DNA from: the human T2T-CHM13v2.0 reference genome, Homo sapiens
Length of the DNA: 64,000 bases
NCBI RefSeq assembly: GCF_009914755.1
Contig: NC_060934.1
Strand: one strand, 5' to 3'
In this document: positions 28,685 to 47,887 of the stretch, piece after piece
How positions within the stretch are numbered: the first letter of the stretch is position 1
Layout: each line of letters opens with the position of its first letter
Notes under the pieces: generated by a model
Told to the model about the DNA's origin: nothing
The model's database searches: none
Seen by the model: the letters and a program-made list of their open reading frames with translations, nothing else
Program-made: the position numbers and the translations under genes

Positions 28685-29199
28685 TGTCCATTAGATATCT
28701 ATTACTGCATTACAAACCATCCCAAAACTTGTTGCCTTAAAAAATCGAACATTAGTTCCTAGTTTCTGTAGGTCAGGAATTCTTGAGCAGCTTAGGTGGG
28801 TGGTTCTGGCTCAGGGTCTCTCATGAGTCCTAGGCTGTAACCAGCTGAAGGCTTGACTGGGGCCGAACAATCTGCTTCCAAGGTGGTGCACTCACATGGC
28901 TGTGGGCAGGAGGCCTCAGTTCCTCAGGAAACAGACCTCGCCCTAGGGTTGCTTGAGTAATCACAACATGGCAGAGGGCTTCCTCCAGAACAAGTGATCC
29001 TAGAGAGAGAAGCAAGGAGGAAGTCACTATATCTTTTATGATGGAGTCTCAAAAGCCATACCCCATTATTTCTTCCTCCTCCTATTTGTTAGAAGTGAGT
29101 CCTTAAGTACAGCTCACATTAAAAGAGAGGAGAATCAGGCTGTACATTCTGAAAAGAAGAGGATCAAAGAATATGTGGACATATATGAAAACCAATATA
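28685..29199 (-). mobile_element. MLT1F-like MaLR LTR
   Basis: tttctgtaggtcaggaattc...ggttctggctcagggtctctcatgag...ctgcttccaaggtggtgcactcacatggctg. Confidence 0.8.
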
Positions 29200-29503
29200 G
29201 GGTCTCACCCCTTCACTACCTGTGAAGACACTACACACACATACGCAAATATACAAGAAGAGGAAATTTACCTATGCTTTAGAGTGAGAGGTAAACATAT
29301 GCAGAAACCCTTAAACATCTTACTCCCATACATGTTATTGAGTCAATAGATCCCTTTTATTGTTAAAGACATTTTGAATTAGATTTCTGTCCCCACAGAT
29401 GACAAAATTTTAACTGCTGCAGAAGGCAATGTGTTAGGGCTATCATGCAAGTAGGCAAGTAGAATGGAGCATAGAGAGACAAGAGCCTTGTGCCCAGAGA
29501 TAG

Positions 29504-29972
<469 letters not shown>

Positions 29973-31321
29973 GTTCAGGCCAATGAAATGGTAGAGGGAG
30001 CAGGTTTCAAGGAGGCTCCTGGAGAAGATTTCCTAGGTCTTAAAGAGATCCAAGGAAGAGGCAGGGTTGTGTTTGCTTGTTTTCTGCTTTCCGATGTTTG
30101 TGTGTGAAAATGTGCTTCCAGAGCAGTGGTCTTGTGACCAAGGGGAGTGAGCCAAAAAGCTAAGGCTGGCAGAGCAGAGAGAAGCCTTTGATAATGCTGA
30201 GTTTTCAAATTCATGAGCCCTGAAGCTTTCTACAGCCATGCTTGTATTGTCAGATGATAAGTTTTCCTATTGACCAAGTCATTAGGAATCAGGTTTTCTG
30301 TTTTCTCAGCTGGAAAACAAATACCAAGCGCATTCATATACAAAATGTTAAGGTTTATAATGCACGCTCTGTTCCAGAAAGCAGCATCAATTTACACCTC
30401 CTCCAGCAAAACATCTGAGCATTTTCTCCACACTGTTGTCAACACTGGGTAATGGCATTTAAAAAAATCTCTACTAGTGGGTGAAAAATGATATCTCTGG
30501 GTGTTCATTTGCATTTCCATGATTACAAGTGAGCTCGAAGATTTTCTAATACACATTCTTCTGGAGGCAGATGCAGTGTAGACAATGAGGCAGCACTATA
30601 AACACGTCTCCATGATAATCACCATTCATTGCTTTTGCTCACTCAGGTGGGACTGAAAATACGTGGCTTAGGCTGTAAGCTTGGGTACACTGTTGCACTT
30701 GGCAGAAGCTGTTTTGCGGCAGAGGCTTCAAATCTATCCTGATAAGTGGCAAAGAGAAGAACCTTATCCCCAAGATTTGTCTTATGCCTTTGGATCTCTT
30801 TTGCTTGAGAAACGTCCTTGTGTGGTTGTCATTTCTCTCTTTACCAAAGCGGTCAGAAGTGTAAACTGTGCTGACACAGGCTTCCTTTCTAAAGCTGAAT
30901 TAACAATGCATTCTAAATGCAAGGGAAAATCCTCAGGTATTTCACTGCTTCATAAAGCAAGATGCAGCAGCTGCCTGAGGACTGGGTGCTTGTCTGTTTG
31001 AAGATAATTATAGCAGGTGATTTGTATCTGCCTTTACCTCTAGCATCATGTATTAGAGTGATCAAGCTTTAGAAGTAATATTTCTGACCAGGATAGGTGG
31101 GGTCAGTTGGATCATTTTCTACCAGTTCCCTAAAGCTAAGAATTACCAGGATTCTTGCTCAAAGTCTTCTCATGTGGTATTCTTTCCCCATTTATATTTG
31201 CAATTGGAGGCAGCTTGGAGAATAAAAAATTGTCTAAGAAATGTGGTTCTCCATCAGAGAGGCCAAAAGGTCAGGTTGAATAAGCCACAGTGTAGGCATA
31301 AACTGTTTTCTTTATTAATCT

Positions 31322-31322
<1 letters not shown>

Positions 31323-31361
<39 letters not shown>
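31323..31361. repeat. (CA)n microsatellite
   Basis: Seen directly. Confidence 0.97.
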
Positions 31362-31362
<1 letters not shown>

Positions 31363-32284
31363 CCTAGCACTCACTCATACACTCTGTGCTCAAAACTGTA
31401 TGTTCAGAAATGAAAATACACAGACTTGTATTTGGACATTCTCTTATTGATCTGTAGTTTGATGACATCTTTATTGGCACATTGGAGTGATGCTTTCTGG
31501 CTACTCAAATAATTAAGTTATAGAGATTTTCAATGACAGTGGAAAACTGGGACCTCTAGCCTGGCTAAAAATTGATGGCAGTTTATTGCTTGAGGATGAA
31601 GGCTAACTACTTGGCTGTTTTAAGAAGGCTTACAGAAAGACACTCCTTGCTTTCATCACGGTTGAGAACCCAGATGTCTGCCGTGTGAACCCAAAATCCC
31701 GAATATGTTGAGACTTCTTCAGTGGCACTGTCTGGCAAGGGTGACTCACACTGCCCAAGCACCCACAGGCTGGTTTATAAAAGCAGCAGCCTTTATTAAT
31801 TTAGATTCAAGAGTATTCATGTAAAGAGGAGTCAAGCAATTGAATCCTATGGCCCAGAAGATTCTCTCCCCAGGTGATGGTTCAGTGGGAAGCCAAGTTA
31901 TCATTAGAAACGTTTGTCAAGTAAGAAGCTAAGGGACCGGTCAGGCAAGAAGAAAAGTGTTGGTAAACACAGAGGTGAGAAAGCATCTGTTATTCAAGAA
32001 GCTGCAGGTGTTGCAGTATTCTTGGGGGCTAAAGGCCCAAGGTGGGTGTAGCAGGAAATGAAGCTGAGGAAAGGTAGGCAGTGTGTAGCTCATTCATGAT
32101 GTGTATCATGTGCAAAAAGATCGAGTTTCTTTCCTGCTCCACCTCCCTCTCCACAGAAAGAAATCCCATTATTTATTTCTATTATAAAAGCAATACCTGT
32201 TTATTACAGAACATATCAACAAGTAAAAAGAACCAAAATATTAACAATCATCCCTCCTACCCGAAGATAATCAACCTCATGCCT

Positions 32285-32750
32285 TGTCGAGCACCCGATT
32301 CTGTCGCTGTTTGGGGCACCGCTATGTAACCTGCATGGACCTGGGGGGACTGAACAAAGGGGGCAAACGCGGGAATAAAAGACAAGAGACAAAAGAGTAT
32401 ATTTGGAAGTAGGGGTCAGGGGGCACCTTGCCTCTAGTGGACAAGGGCCCTGAGCTTTACACAGCCCTCCATATTTATTAGGCAAAAGAGATAGTGAGAA
32501 GGGGGGTGGAAGAAGGTGTCAGCTACTCGGTCAAGTGTAGGATTGCCAGACTGCATTCTCTAGATGTCCCAGTAGATAACCTCAAGGAGCTTGGCACCAG
32601 GAAGTGATTGCTCTCAGCAAACCTTCTGGGGCAGGCACAGTCGTGAGTTTGCCCACATTCTGTATTCATGATGAACAGTTTGCTGTTTGGTCATATAGCC
32701 TCAGTGGAAGGCTGAGTTGGTCACGTCCCATGGGCCTTTGGCTCCCTGCA
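32285..32750 (-). mobile_element. ERVK solo LTR (LTR3 / HML-6-like)
   Basis: TG...CA termini and a perfect 6-bp TSD ATGCCT (32279-32284 / 32751-32756). Minus strand starts tgcagggagccaaaggcccatgggacgtgaccaactcagc. Confidence 0.85.
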
Positions 32751-33780
32751 ATGCCTCAATCCTTATTCTTCTGTGTGTGAGCAATAAAATACTATTTTCT
32801 AAATTGCCTTTTCACTTAACAATATATCCCAAACATATTTTTATGTCAATAATGTATTAATATTTCTGCCACATCTTATAAAATGATGCAAAGTATTCTG
32901 CTATATTTATGAGCCAAAATGAACAGTGGTCATTCAAATACCACTTTTTCCTTTCACAAATAATGCTATGGTGAACCGCTTTTTGCATATATCTTTGGCA
33001 TATGACTGTTCTTTCCATAGGACAAATTTTCATAAACGAGTTGAGTATGTCAAAGGGCATAAAGAAAGAGAATCTTTTGTCATATCCACACCTTCTTCAG
33101 TGTTTTGTCTGAAATACCTTTACAACACAGAATAATAAATACATTCAGAGAGTTGAGTCCAAAGTGGCCATTCAGACATGACAATATTATAAAGTCTTGG
33201 GTTTCAACTTTAAGTTTTATATAACATTTGTGAATGACTCTATGTTATATAGACATTGATAAAAATGTTTTTCCACTCAAATCTTTGAGTAAAACCTGCT
33301 GTTTATTCTGCAGCTTCCTATAGCTCTTGGCATGACTCTTAGTACCTAATGGAGAAGTGTATCTCCAAGCTGGAGGATTAATATGGATGCTGAAGAGCCA
33401 CCTGGAGGATTTCTGTTGGGGAATAATGTGTTCAGATGATCAGATTGGCTAGCATGAGAGAGAAATTGGAAGGCGCTGAGACAGGAAGCAGGAGGCCTGG
33501 TTAGTGGGTTGCCAAAAGTGAAAGTGGGCTGTGCTTACACCAAGCTGGAAGTGTGGGGTTGGGGTTGGCAAACAGGGTTGGAAAGCGGGATGTGAAATTG
33601 TCAGACTTTGCTTAATTGATTTGTTATTAAGAATAAGGAAGAGTGAGGAATCTGGGATTGTAAATGTGTTTCCTTTTTTAATCTGACAAATAATCAAATG
33701 AGAATTATGTTCCCATCATGTTCCCAGTTTTGCTTTGACCAACAGAAAGCTCACAGCTCAGTTAGTGATCAATAACTGTG

Positions 33781-34125
33781 CAGTCTTGAGCCGCAACAAC
33801 AACATTTTATTCAACAATGAACCGCATATTCTACAGTGGTCCCCTAAGATTATAATTCTGTATTTTTACTGTACATTTTCTATGTTTAGATACATAAATA
33901 CTTAGCATTGTGTTACAACTGCCTACAGTATTCAGTATAGTCACATGCCATCCAGGCTTGTAGCCTAGGAGCAATAGGCCCTGCCATATAGCCTAGTTGC
34001 AGGAGGCTATGCCATCTAGGTTTGTGTAAATACACTCTATGATGTTCATAAACCAATGAAATCACCTAATGATGAATTTCTGCAATTGTACCCTATGGGG
34101 TAAGTAGGTAAGTGATGCATGACTG
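33781..34125. mobile_element. Tigger3a/MER7A MITE
   Basis: cagtcttgagccgc...ggtcccctaagattataat...tagcctaggagcaataggc...gatgcatgactgTA. Confidence 0.85.
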
Positions 34126-35473
34126 TATTTGTATTACTTGTGATGGTGGTTGACTTGCCTGATTCTGATTTTCTGATTCTGGAAGATGGCTCTGATATGT
34201 AATTGTAACTAGGCAGTGCATAGTATGTAGGTCAATAATAAATACAAACTGGCTCTTAAGCAAGGCAAGTCCTTTCCACTGGTGACATAAATTCATGAAT
34301 CCAAGGACAGAGGAACAATAAAGGATATGGATTAAAGGTAAGCATGGCAAGGTGGGCATTATTCAGATTGTGAACAGAGTGGATGAATCCATACTAATCT
34401 AGGTAAAATGGGGTTGATTATTTATAGAATTTAAATTTTTAAAATTTAATTCAACCAAGCAACTCTTTGCTCTTCCTTCACTATTTGTCATTACCAAACA
34501 GCCGCTTTTACTACTTTTTTTCATTCCTTTAAAATATATCATTAAGTGTATTAGAAATCAGTGTTTAGTCCCAATATTAGCTTATTTTAAATAGAAACTT
34601 TGAATTCGTATCCTGAAACCTTCAGATTTCCTTTTATTTGATCCAATTCTTGTGGAGCAGCTCTCTTAGTTACTTGTATCTTTTAATCTTCATCTTTTTA
34701 TTTGTGCTTCTCTCCTCTTAACTTATGGAGACAGAAATCAAGGCTCCAGCTTGACGTTGGGGTGCTTGAAACTTGAGACTTGGAGAAGCTGCTGTTTGTC
34801 CTGAGGCAGGCATGGGCTCTTCGCTGTTTATTTCTTTTTATTAAAAAATGTTTTCCCCTTTCTTAACGTTTTTCTTGATTTTATTTTCAAAATTGCAGAA
34901 AGCAAATTGGATTTTCTCCAGTGAGCATGCAAAAGATGATTCTGGACCTTTCTCTTCTCCGCTTCCTCCCTTTCTTCCTTCCTTTCTTAGGATGTTTGCT
35001 ATACTTTTCCTTTAATTTTTTTCATTCTTTTGAAGAGGAGATGGACTGACTTTAAAAAACCCTATACATACCCCCAGAGGAAGGACAGTCCCAGTTACTC
35101 AACATTATATGAGCTCCTTCCTTATCCCTCATCTTAGCCTTTTTTTTTTTTTTCTGGGTTCCTTTAGGGAAAATCGTTGGGAACCCTGGTATTTGCATTG
35201 AGCCATACCTATTAATTCAACAGTTGAGAATCAGTAGTTTATTATTGGAAATAGTGCTTAACAACAGAATCTGTGCTTTGTCTCTATGTATTAAAGAGGA
35301 GATTATTCTAGAAAATGTGGGTCAGTTGCACAGGTGATCTATATTCTGAAGAACTTTTATGCCTTTAGAAGGTTTCCAGGAGGGTGGGCAGCTCATTAAC
35401 TACTAAAGTGAAATAAAAGGCAGGTTTTAAAGGTAATCTCTGACTAACCTGAGAAAATGTCAACAGTTAGTAA

Positions 35474-35498
35474 ATATATATATATATATATATATATA
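35474..35498. repeat. (TA)n microsatellite
   Basis: Seen directly. Confidence 0.9.
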
Positions 35499-38400
35499 TT
35501 TGGAAGCTACATTATCTTTTGAGTGTCTGATAAAACTTTAGTTATCTGAGAAGGAGGGGCGGAGCAAGGTGGCTGTGTGGAAGTTTCCACAGATTGTCTT
35601 CTTGCAAAGACATCAATTTAACAACTATCTGTGCAAAACAAAACAAAACAAAAAAAATGCCTTCACAAGAACCAAAAATCAGATGGGCACTCACAGTACC
35701 TGGTTTTAACTTTGTATCACTGAAAGAGGCACTGAAGAGTGGGAAAGACAGTTGTAAATCACTGATGCCACCCCCCCTCCATCCCCTGGCAGTGGCTGCA
35801 TGGTGCAGAGAGAGAATCTGCCTGCTTGGGAAAGGGAGACTGCAGCAATTGTGAAACATTACATTAAACTCAGTGCTGCCCTGATACAGCAGCAAGCAAA
35901 ACTGGGCTGAACTTAGCTGACACCGACCCCTGGAGGGAGTATTTAAACCAGCCCTAACCACAGGAGACTTGCCCTTTCCAGGAGTCAAAACTTGAGTTCC
36001 AGCAAGCCTCACCACCATGGGCTAAAGTTCTTTGGTGCCCTAAATAAACCTGAAAGGCAGCCTAGGCCACAAGGACAGCAATTCCTAGGTGAGTCCTAGT
36101 GCTAAACTGGGCTCAGAGTTAGTGGACTTGAGGAGCAGAAGACCTACTGAGAGACCAGCTGGGGCAGCTAAGAGAGTGCTTGGGCCATTCCTCCCCCAAC
36201 CCTCTGCTGCATAGCTTCCCCACACCCCAAGAAAAGACTCTTTCCTTCTGCTTGAGGAGAGAGGAAGAGTAAAGAGGACTTTTGTCTTGCATCTTGAATA
36301 CTAGCTCAGCCACAGTAGGATAGGGCACTGGTCAGAGTCGTGAGGCCCCCATTCCAGGCTCTAGCTCCTGGATGACATTTCTAGACACACCCTGGGCCAG
36401 AAGGGAACTGCTTCCATTGAAGAGAAGGACCCAGTCCTGGCAGGACCCATCACCTGCTGACTAAAGAGCCCTTGGGAGCCCTCCCACTGCTCTGAAGGCT
36501 GAGTCTCAGGCCGGGCAGCATTCACTTCAAGCTGACTGAAAAGCCCTTGTGCCTTAACAGCATAGCAGTGGTAACGCACCAGTACTCCTCATGGGCCTGT
36601 GGTGGTGGTGGCCATGAGGTGAAGCTCCTCTGCCTGTGGAATAGGGAGAGAAGAGCGGGAAGGACAACACTTCATGTTTGAGTGCCAACTCAGATGCAGT
36701 AAAATAGAACACCAGGTAGACTTCTAAGGTTTTTGACTCCAGTCCCAGCTCCCAGTTGACATCTCTAGATCTGTCTGGGGCCTGGGAGAACTTGCCATTC
36801 TGAAGGGAAGGACATAAACCTGGCCGGCTTTACCACCTGCTGACTGTAGAGCCCCAGGGCCTTGAGCAAACCTCAGCAGTAGCCAGGGAGTGATTGCAGC
36901 AGGCCTTGGGTGAGACTCGGTGCTGTGCTGGCTTCAGGTCTGACCAAGTGCAGTCCCAGGGTTGTGGTCACAGGGGTGCTTGTGTCACTCTACACCTAAC
37001 TCCAGGCAGCTGAGAACAGAGAGAGAGAGAGAGAGAGTGACTCCATTTATTTGGGAGAAAGTAAGGGAATAGAATAAGAACCTCTGCCTGCCAGATGTTA
37101 TCTAAGACCATCAAGGTGGTACCTCTACGAGTCTGCAAATCCCACATCATTACTAGGCTTAGGGTGTCCTCAAATGCAGATAGGCTTGGATCACTATAGC
37201 TAAGTCCTTTTGAATACCTAGAAAGTCTTCTCAAGAAGGATGGGTACAAACAATCCCAGATTACAAAGACTATAATAAATACCCAACTCTTCAATGCTCA
37301 GACACAGATGAACATCCACAAGCATTAAGATCATCCAAGAAAACATGACGTCACCGAACAAACTAAATAAGGCACCAGGGACCAATCCTGGAGAAACCGA
37401 GATATGTGACCTTTCAGACAGAGAATTCAAAATAGCTGTTTTGAGGAAACTTAAAGAAATTTAAGCTAGATACAGAGAAGGAATTCAGTATTCTGTCAGA
37501 TAAATTTGACAAAGAGATTGAAATAATTAAAAGGAAATTCTGGGGTTGAAAAATGCAGTTGACATACTGAAGAATGCACCAGTCTTTCAATAGCAGAATT
37601 GATCAAGCAGAAGAAAGAATTAGTGAGCTTGAAGATATGGTATTTGAAAACACATGGAGGAGACAGAAGAAAAAATAGCCTGGAATGGGGGTAATCTAAG
37701 AGTTATTGGCCTTAAAAAGGAGGTAGAGAAAGAGATAGGGGTAGAAAGTTTATTCAAAGAGATAATAAGAGAGAAAGACTCAAACCTAGAGAAAGATGCC
37801 AATATTGAAGTAAAGAAGGTTATAGAACACCCAGCAGATTTAACCCAAAGAAGACTACCTCAAGGCATTTAAGAATTAAACTCCCAAAGGTCAAGGATAA
37901 AAATGATTCCAAAAGCAGCAAGAGAAACAAATAACATATAATGACACTCCAATATGTCTGGAAGTAGACTTTCCAATGGAAACCTTACAGGCCAGGAGAG
38001 AGTGGCATGACATATTTAAAATGCTGAAGGAAAAAAACTTTTTCCCTAGAATTGTATATCTGGCAAAAATATCCACAAAGAAATAAAGATTTTCCCAGAC
38101 AAACAAAATTTGAGGGATTTCATAAACACCAGACCTGTCCTAAAATAAATGCCAAAGGGAGTACTTCAGTCAGAAAGGAAAAGGATGTTAATGAGCAAGA
38201 AGAAATCAACTGAAGGTATAAAACCCAATGGTAATAGTAATTGTACACAGAAAAACACAGAATATTATAACAATGTACCTGTGATATGTAAAACTCCTAT
38301 TTTAAGTAGAAAGACTAAATGGTGAACCAATAAAAAATAATAACTACAAATTTGCAGGACATAGACAATACAATAAGATATAAATAGAAACAACAAAAAA

Positions 38401-38686
38401 TTGAAAAGTAGGGGGATGAAGTTAAAGTGTAGAGTTTTTATTAGTTTTTTTGCTTATTTGTTTATGTAAACAGTATTAAGTTGTTATCAGCTTAAAATAA
38501 TGGGTTATAAGATAGTATTTGCAAGTCTCATGGTAACCTCAAATCTAGAAACATATAATGGATACACACACGAAAAGCATGAAATTAAATAATACCACCA
38601 GAGGAAATTATATTCACTAAAAGGAAGACAGGAAGGAAGGAAAAATGAAAGAGAAAAACCATAAAACAACCAGAAACCAAATAACA

Positions 38687-42466
<3,780 letters not shown>

Positions 42467-42715
42467 GCAAGCATCTGTGGAGTCATTCTATTTTTAAATT
42501 CACCTTCCAATTGTTTTCTTAAAACCATTGACAAATATATAAACTGGTTAATCTTTCTAAATATTGTCTCATTACAAAAGCTTTCATTATTTTCCAGATT
42601 AAGTAGAAATCATTGAATAAAAATAACTCCAAATTATTAAACAAACAAACAAACAAAAATGATCCAATGATCTGGAACATTTTCTTCCCAAGCGAAAAGA
42701 GTTGAAAGTTCATTC

Positions 42716-43294
<579 letters not shown>

Positions 43295-44660
43295 GAAAGT
43301 TCATTCTTGAGCTGAGGCAGACAAACCATTTGGCTTTCTTCAAGGCAAATCACAGGTAAACATGGATTTAGATTATGTCTGTTCTAGCAAACTTTTTATT
43401 CACATGAAAAGGGCCTACATAAATATCAGTTCAAAGCAGAGAAATATGCTTTGGATAAACCAGGGAAGTTTGTTTCTGCAACAATATCAGTAGGTTGAGT
43501 ATTAGATAGACCAAAGAAGGTGTCATTCGTCACCTGGAAAGTTGAGAGAGAAAAATCCATTGAAAACTGAAGATGGAAGAGACTGATACTGCTGTTTTGA
43601 ATTTATGAGAGTCCAGAGGTGAGAGTTATAACCAGGCATTCCCTACTGTAGACATTTGCCAATTTATGCCCTCATGTTGCAATGAATCTTCAGAAGGACT
43701 AAGCATGGATGCTATTATTAAAGCTAATTAAATCGCTCTGAATTACAGCTCATCCAGGGTATTAACTAACAGAATGGTCATCATACTGTCTGGAAGAAAT
43801 AAATAAAAGGGGATTGGTTGAGTAAGGAATTCCACTGATGGGGTTTTTTGTTATTTTTCATTCAAAAATAAGCTCTCTGGAAATACTAGAAATTAAGACC
43901 CACTGTGCTTCATCTCTTAGAAGTGTTGTGTAATAGTGGTCTGACCCATGTTCATTGTTGAGAAGCAGGAACTGATTTTCTTGTCTAGTTTTTTAAAAAA
44001 TCACATTTGCCAAAGTAATTAAATGAAAGGCTAATTGACAACAAACTTCCTATTGCCCTATAGTCACAACTTACATATGAAATAGCATATTTTGTTTCTC
44101 TTTTTGCATTTCAATATGGCAAAACCATTGATGTCTGAGGGACAGGCAGAGAGCAGATTAGTTTCCAGGCTCTAAACAATAACCAGAAAATGGCTTGTAA
44201 TGAAAATCCAAGTTGAATATCACCATTGTGACAAGAAAAGGGAGATGTAATGAACCCAACAGCATCATCTATAGGAAAAGTAATTTAAAATGTTCACATA
44301 AAGTACAGCTAGTTTGGAGTGCAAATGAGCAGGAAAAGGGTTTTTGGAATCCATTTGGATGCATGTGGAGTGCATTTGAAAGTGATGTTGTATCATACTA
44401 GATATATATGTGTGTTTGTATATGTGTGTGCACGAATGGATGCCTGAGTCATATATATATGTGTATATATATGCATAGATGTATATATGTATATCTACAT
44501 ATGTAAAGTTACAAGTATATTTGACAAAATGAATGCAGTGGAGGAATGTGATTAATCAAATTATTTTTTATAATCCCTGTAGTTTGAAAAATAATTCACT
44601 TGGCTGGATTATGGCATGGAGGAAATCCTTAAAAAGAATCCCAGGGACCTGCTACGTCTC

Positions 44661-45053
44661 TGTGAGGGTCAGTTTATGTGTCAACTTGCCTAGGACATAG
44701 TACCCAATTATTTAACCAAAACAGTAGTTTAGGTGTTGTCATGAAGGTATTTTGTAGATGTAGTTAGCATCTATAAGCAATTGGCTTCAAATAAGGGGAT
44801 TTCCTTAAGAGCAAAAACTGAGATTTCCCAGAGGGAAAATTCTGTCTCAATACTGCAGCATCAGTTCCTGCCTGAGCTTCTATCCTACTGACCACGTCAA
44901 TTTCAGACTTGTGAGGCCCCGCAATCAAATGAGCCAATTCCTTAAAATAAATAAATCTCTTTAATTATTATATGCATTTGTATGTGTATACATGTGTATG
45001 TCTATTTATATCTATCCTACTGGCTCTATTTCTCTGGAGAGCCTTGACTGATA
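44661..45053 (+). mobile_element. MLT2 (D-like) ERVL LTR
   Basis: tgtgagggtcagtttatgtgtcaacttg...tgaaggtattttgtagatg...gagccaattccttaaaataaat...tctctggagagccttgactgata. Confidence 0.85.
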
Positions 45054-45247
45054 GTCTCAGATAACCTTCATATACTAGACAGTTCCAGCCTTCCCTGTAC
45101 ATTGCCTGATTTGAGTCTCAACTTTCAATGACCTCACTTGATTTATATTTAAATTATTTCATATTCATTTAAACACAGATATTAAAATGTGGTTGGAATT
45201 CTGATGAAAGTTTTCACTGAGGGAAAGTAGCTGAGATAATGGAATGA

Positions 45248-45613
<366 letters not shown>

Positions 45614-45757
45614 GAGGTTTATGTTCTTATATAGAGACACAGAGCAGACTCAACATAGTAATGCAATTTATTAATAGGTAGCTCTTAGACTTTGGATGCA
45701 CAATGTTTAAGAGGAATATGATGCTATCAGTTTTCTTTGTTTCTTTCTTTCTTTTAA

Positions 45758-46175
<418 letters not shown>

Positions 46176-46613
46176 TATCAGGTTTCTTTAAGTGAAAATG
46201 GATAGTAGGACAAGGATTTTGAAATTTGCGAGCAGTTTTGAATTCTTTGGTCTGAAGTACAGTTTTAAATTTTCTACCATTACTAATAGAAAAGAAAAAA
46301 ATCTTACCAGAAGTAATCTAAAACCTGGATGATTTGTTAGATGAGTGAGCTAACTGCCGTTATTGAGGATCTACAGATTACCTGGCCACTGACTTTCGGG
46401 CAAGCAACTTCAGTATTCTGGAACAAAAGTAAGGGTGCAGTTTGTCTCCATCACCCCCAAACCCCCACTTTTCCCCAGAGGATGGGGAGGGGTCCTCTGG
46501 CTGGTGAGTTGAGGGGATGACCAGACATTTCCTGGGATCAGCCTTCCTGCAGGATGGGTGTGTTCTGCCTGCCTTGCCCTCTCCAGGGGGCTAAGAGGCC
46601 TCACACTGTGCAG

Positions 46614-46961
46614 AGAGCCAGCGATTGCTCAGTTCAGCTTGTGCCTGGGCAGCCGAGTTCATTTCTAAAGTGCTAGATGCCTTGTTGTGGCTGCGCGTGA
46701 AAGCCATGTCCAGAATTTATAGTAAGAAAGTGGAGTGGAGCTGCCACTTTGATCTCTGTTGGTCATGTGGGTCTTATTCCTCAATTAAGAGCCAGCGATT
46801 GCTCAGTTCAGCTTGTGCCTGGGCAGCCGAGTTCATTTCTAAAGTGCTAGATGCCTTGTTGTGGCTGCGCGTGAAAGCCATGTCCAGAATTTATAGTAAG
46901 AAAGTGGAGTGGAGCTGCCACTTTGATCTCTGTTGGTCATGTGGGTCTTATTCCTCAATTA
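46614..46961. repeat. perfect 174-bp tandem duplication
   Basis: 46614-46787 is identical to 46788-46961. Confidence 0.98.
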
Positions 46962-47102
46962 ATTTCTAACTCTAAAAAATGAAACAACGGAATGTCATTT
47001 AACTACCTAAAGTCCCAACGATATCAGCCCGACACTTCTTGAGCACCATACCAGACAGGGTTCTTGATTGAGCACAATCATGGATTGAAATAATCACTAG
47101 TT

Positions 47103-47233
47103 TTAAAATGTTCATATCACCCAGTGCAATCTACAGATTTAACGTAATCCCTATCGAAATAGGACTGACATTCTTCATGGAAACAGAGAAAAGAATTCTA
47201 AAATTTATATGGGACCACAAAAGACCCAGAATA
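47103..47233 (+). mobile_element. isolated ~130-bp L1 ORF2 fragment
   Basis: Aligns to 41503-41636. Confidence 0.85.
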
Positions 47234-47887
47234 CCAACTTGAGTTAATTTAAGCAAAAGAGGAGTTTGTGGCAAAAGATTAGCAAGCCCAAGGGGAAGGC
47301 TGGAAAACTACACTCGGGTAATGGTCCAGTGCAAGGGAAGCCAGGCAGCCAGAACCGAGGGTCACCCATGGTTCCAGCCTGGTTAGAACCCCCGCGCCCT
47401 AGGGTACAGGTGGTGCCCCTGGACCTGGGATGCAGCCCCTCTACACTGTCCCTCCTTTTCTGCTTCTGTCACTCCCAGGTCACAGGTGCAGGCTGGGGCA
47501 TCCTAGTTGCTGAGCTTAAGTCACCAGTAAACCACGTTAGGGACAGCAGGACCAAGTGAAAAGCATCTGGGCCTTGACGTCTATAGTTGGATGTCCCTGC
47601 ATCCCACCAACCTTCAAACAGAGGAAGAGCACTGGAAAAGATCCCTCCCAAAAGAAAAACCAACAAACATTCCCTGCCAGGGCTGTATCTCCACATTTAT
47701 TCTTCGTAGCTACTATTATTGTCCCCATTTTACAGATTAAGACGTTGAGCTTTAGAAAGGTGACGTGCCCTCCGTATGGCCACACAGCTAAAAAGCCATC
47801 TGACTCCATAGCCCAAGCAGTGAACTGCTCCAACAACTACCGCTGAGCTCTTCAATTTTAATACAGCAAATTGAGGGACACACTTCA

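Noticed and set aside
35542-36018. 158-aa antisense ORF in the L1 5' UTR as an ORF0-like gene
   Set aside because: No recognisable similarity; ORF0 is described for younger L1PA 5' UTRs; the length is compatible with chance
43700-44100. TAATTA-rich unique stretch upstream of the RPL21 copy as its promoter or enhancer
   Set aside because: The motifs are short and expected in AT-rich DNA; this cannot be supported without conservation or chromatin data
46625-46969. 114-aa ORF with a 58-aa internal repeat
   Set aside because: Non-ATG start; the repeat merely reflects the 174-bp duplication being a multiple of 3; no known domain
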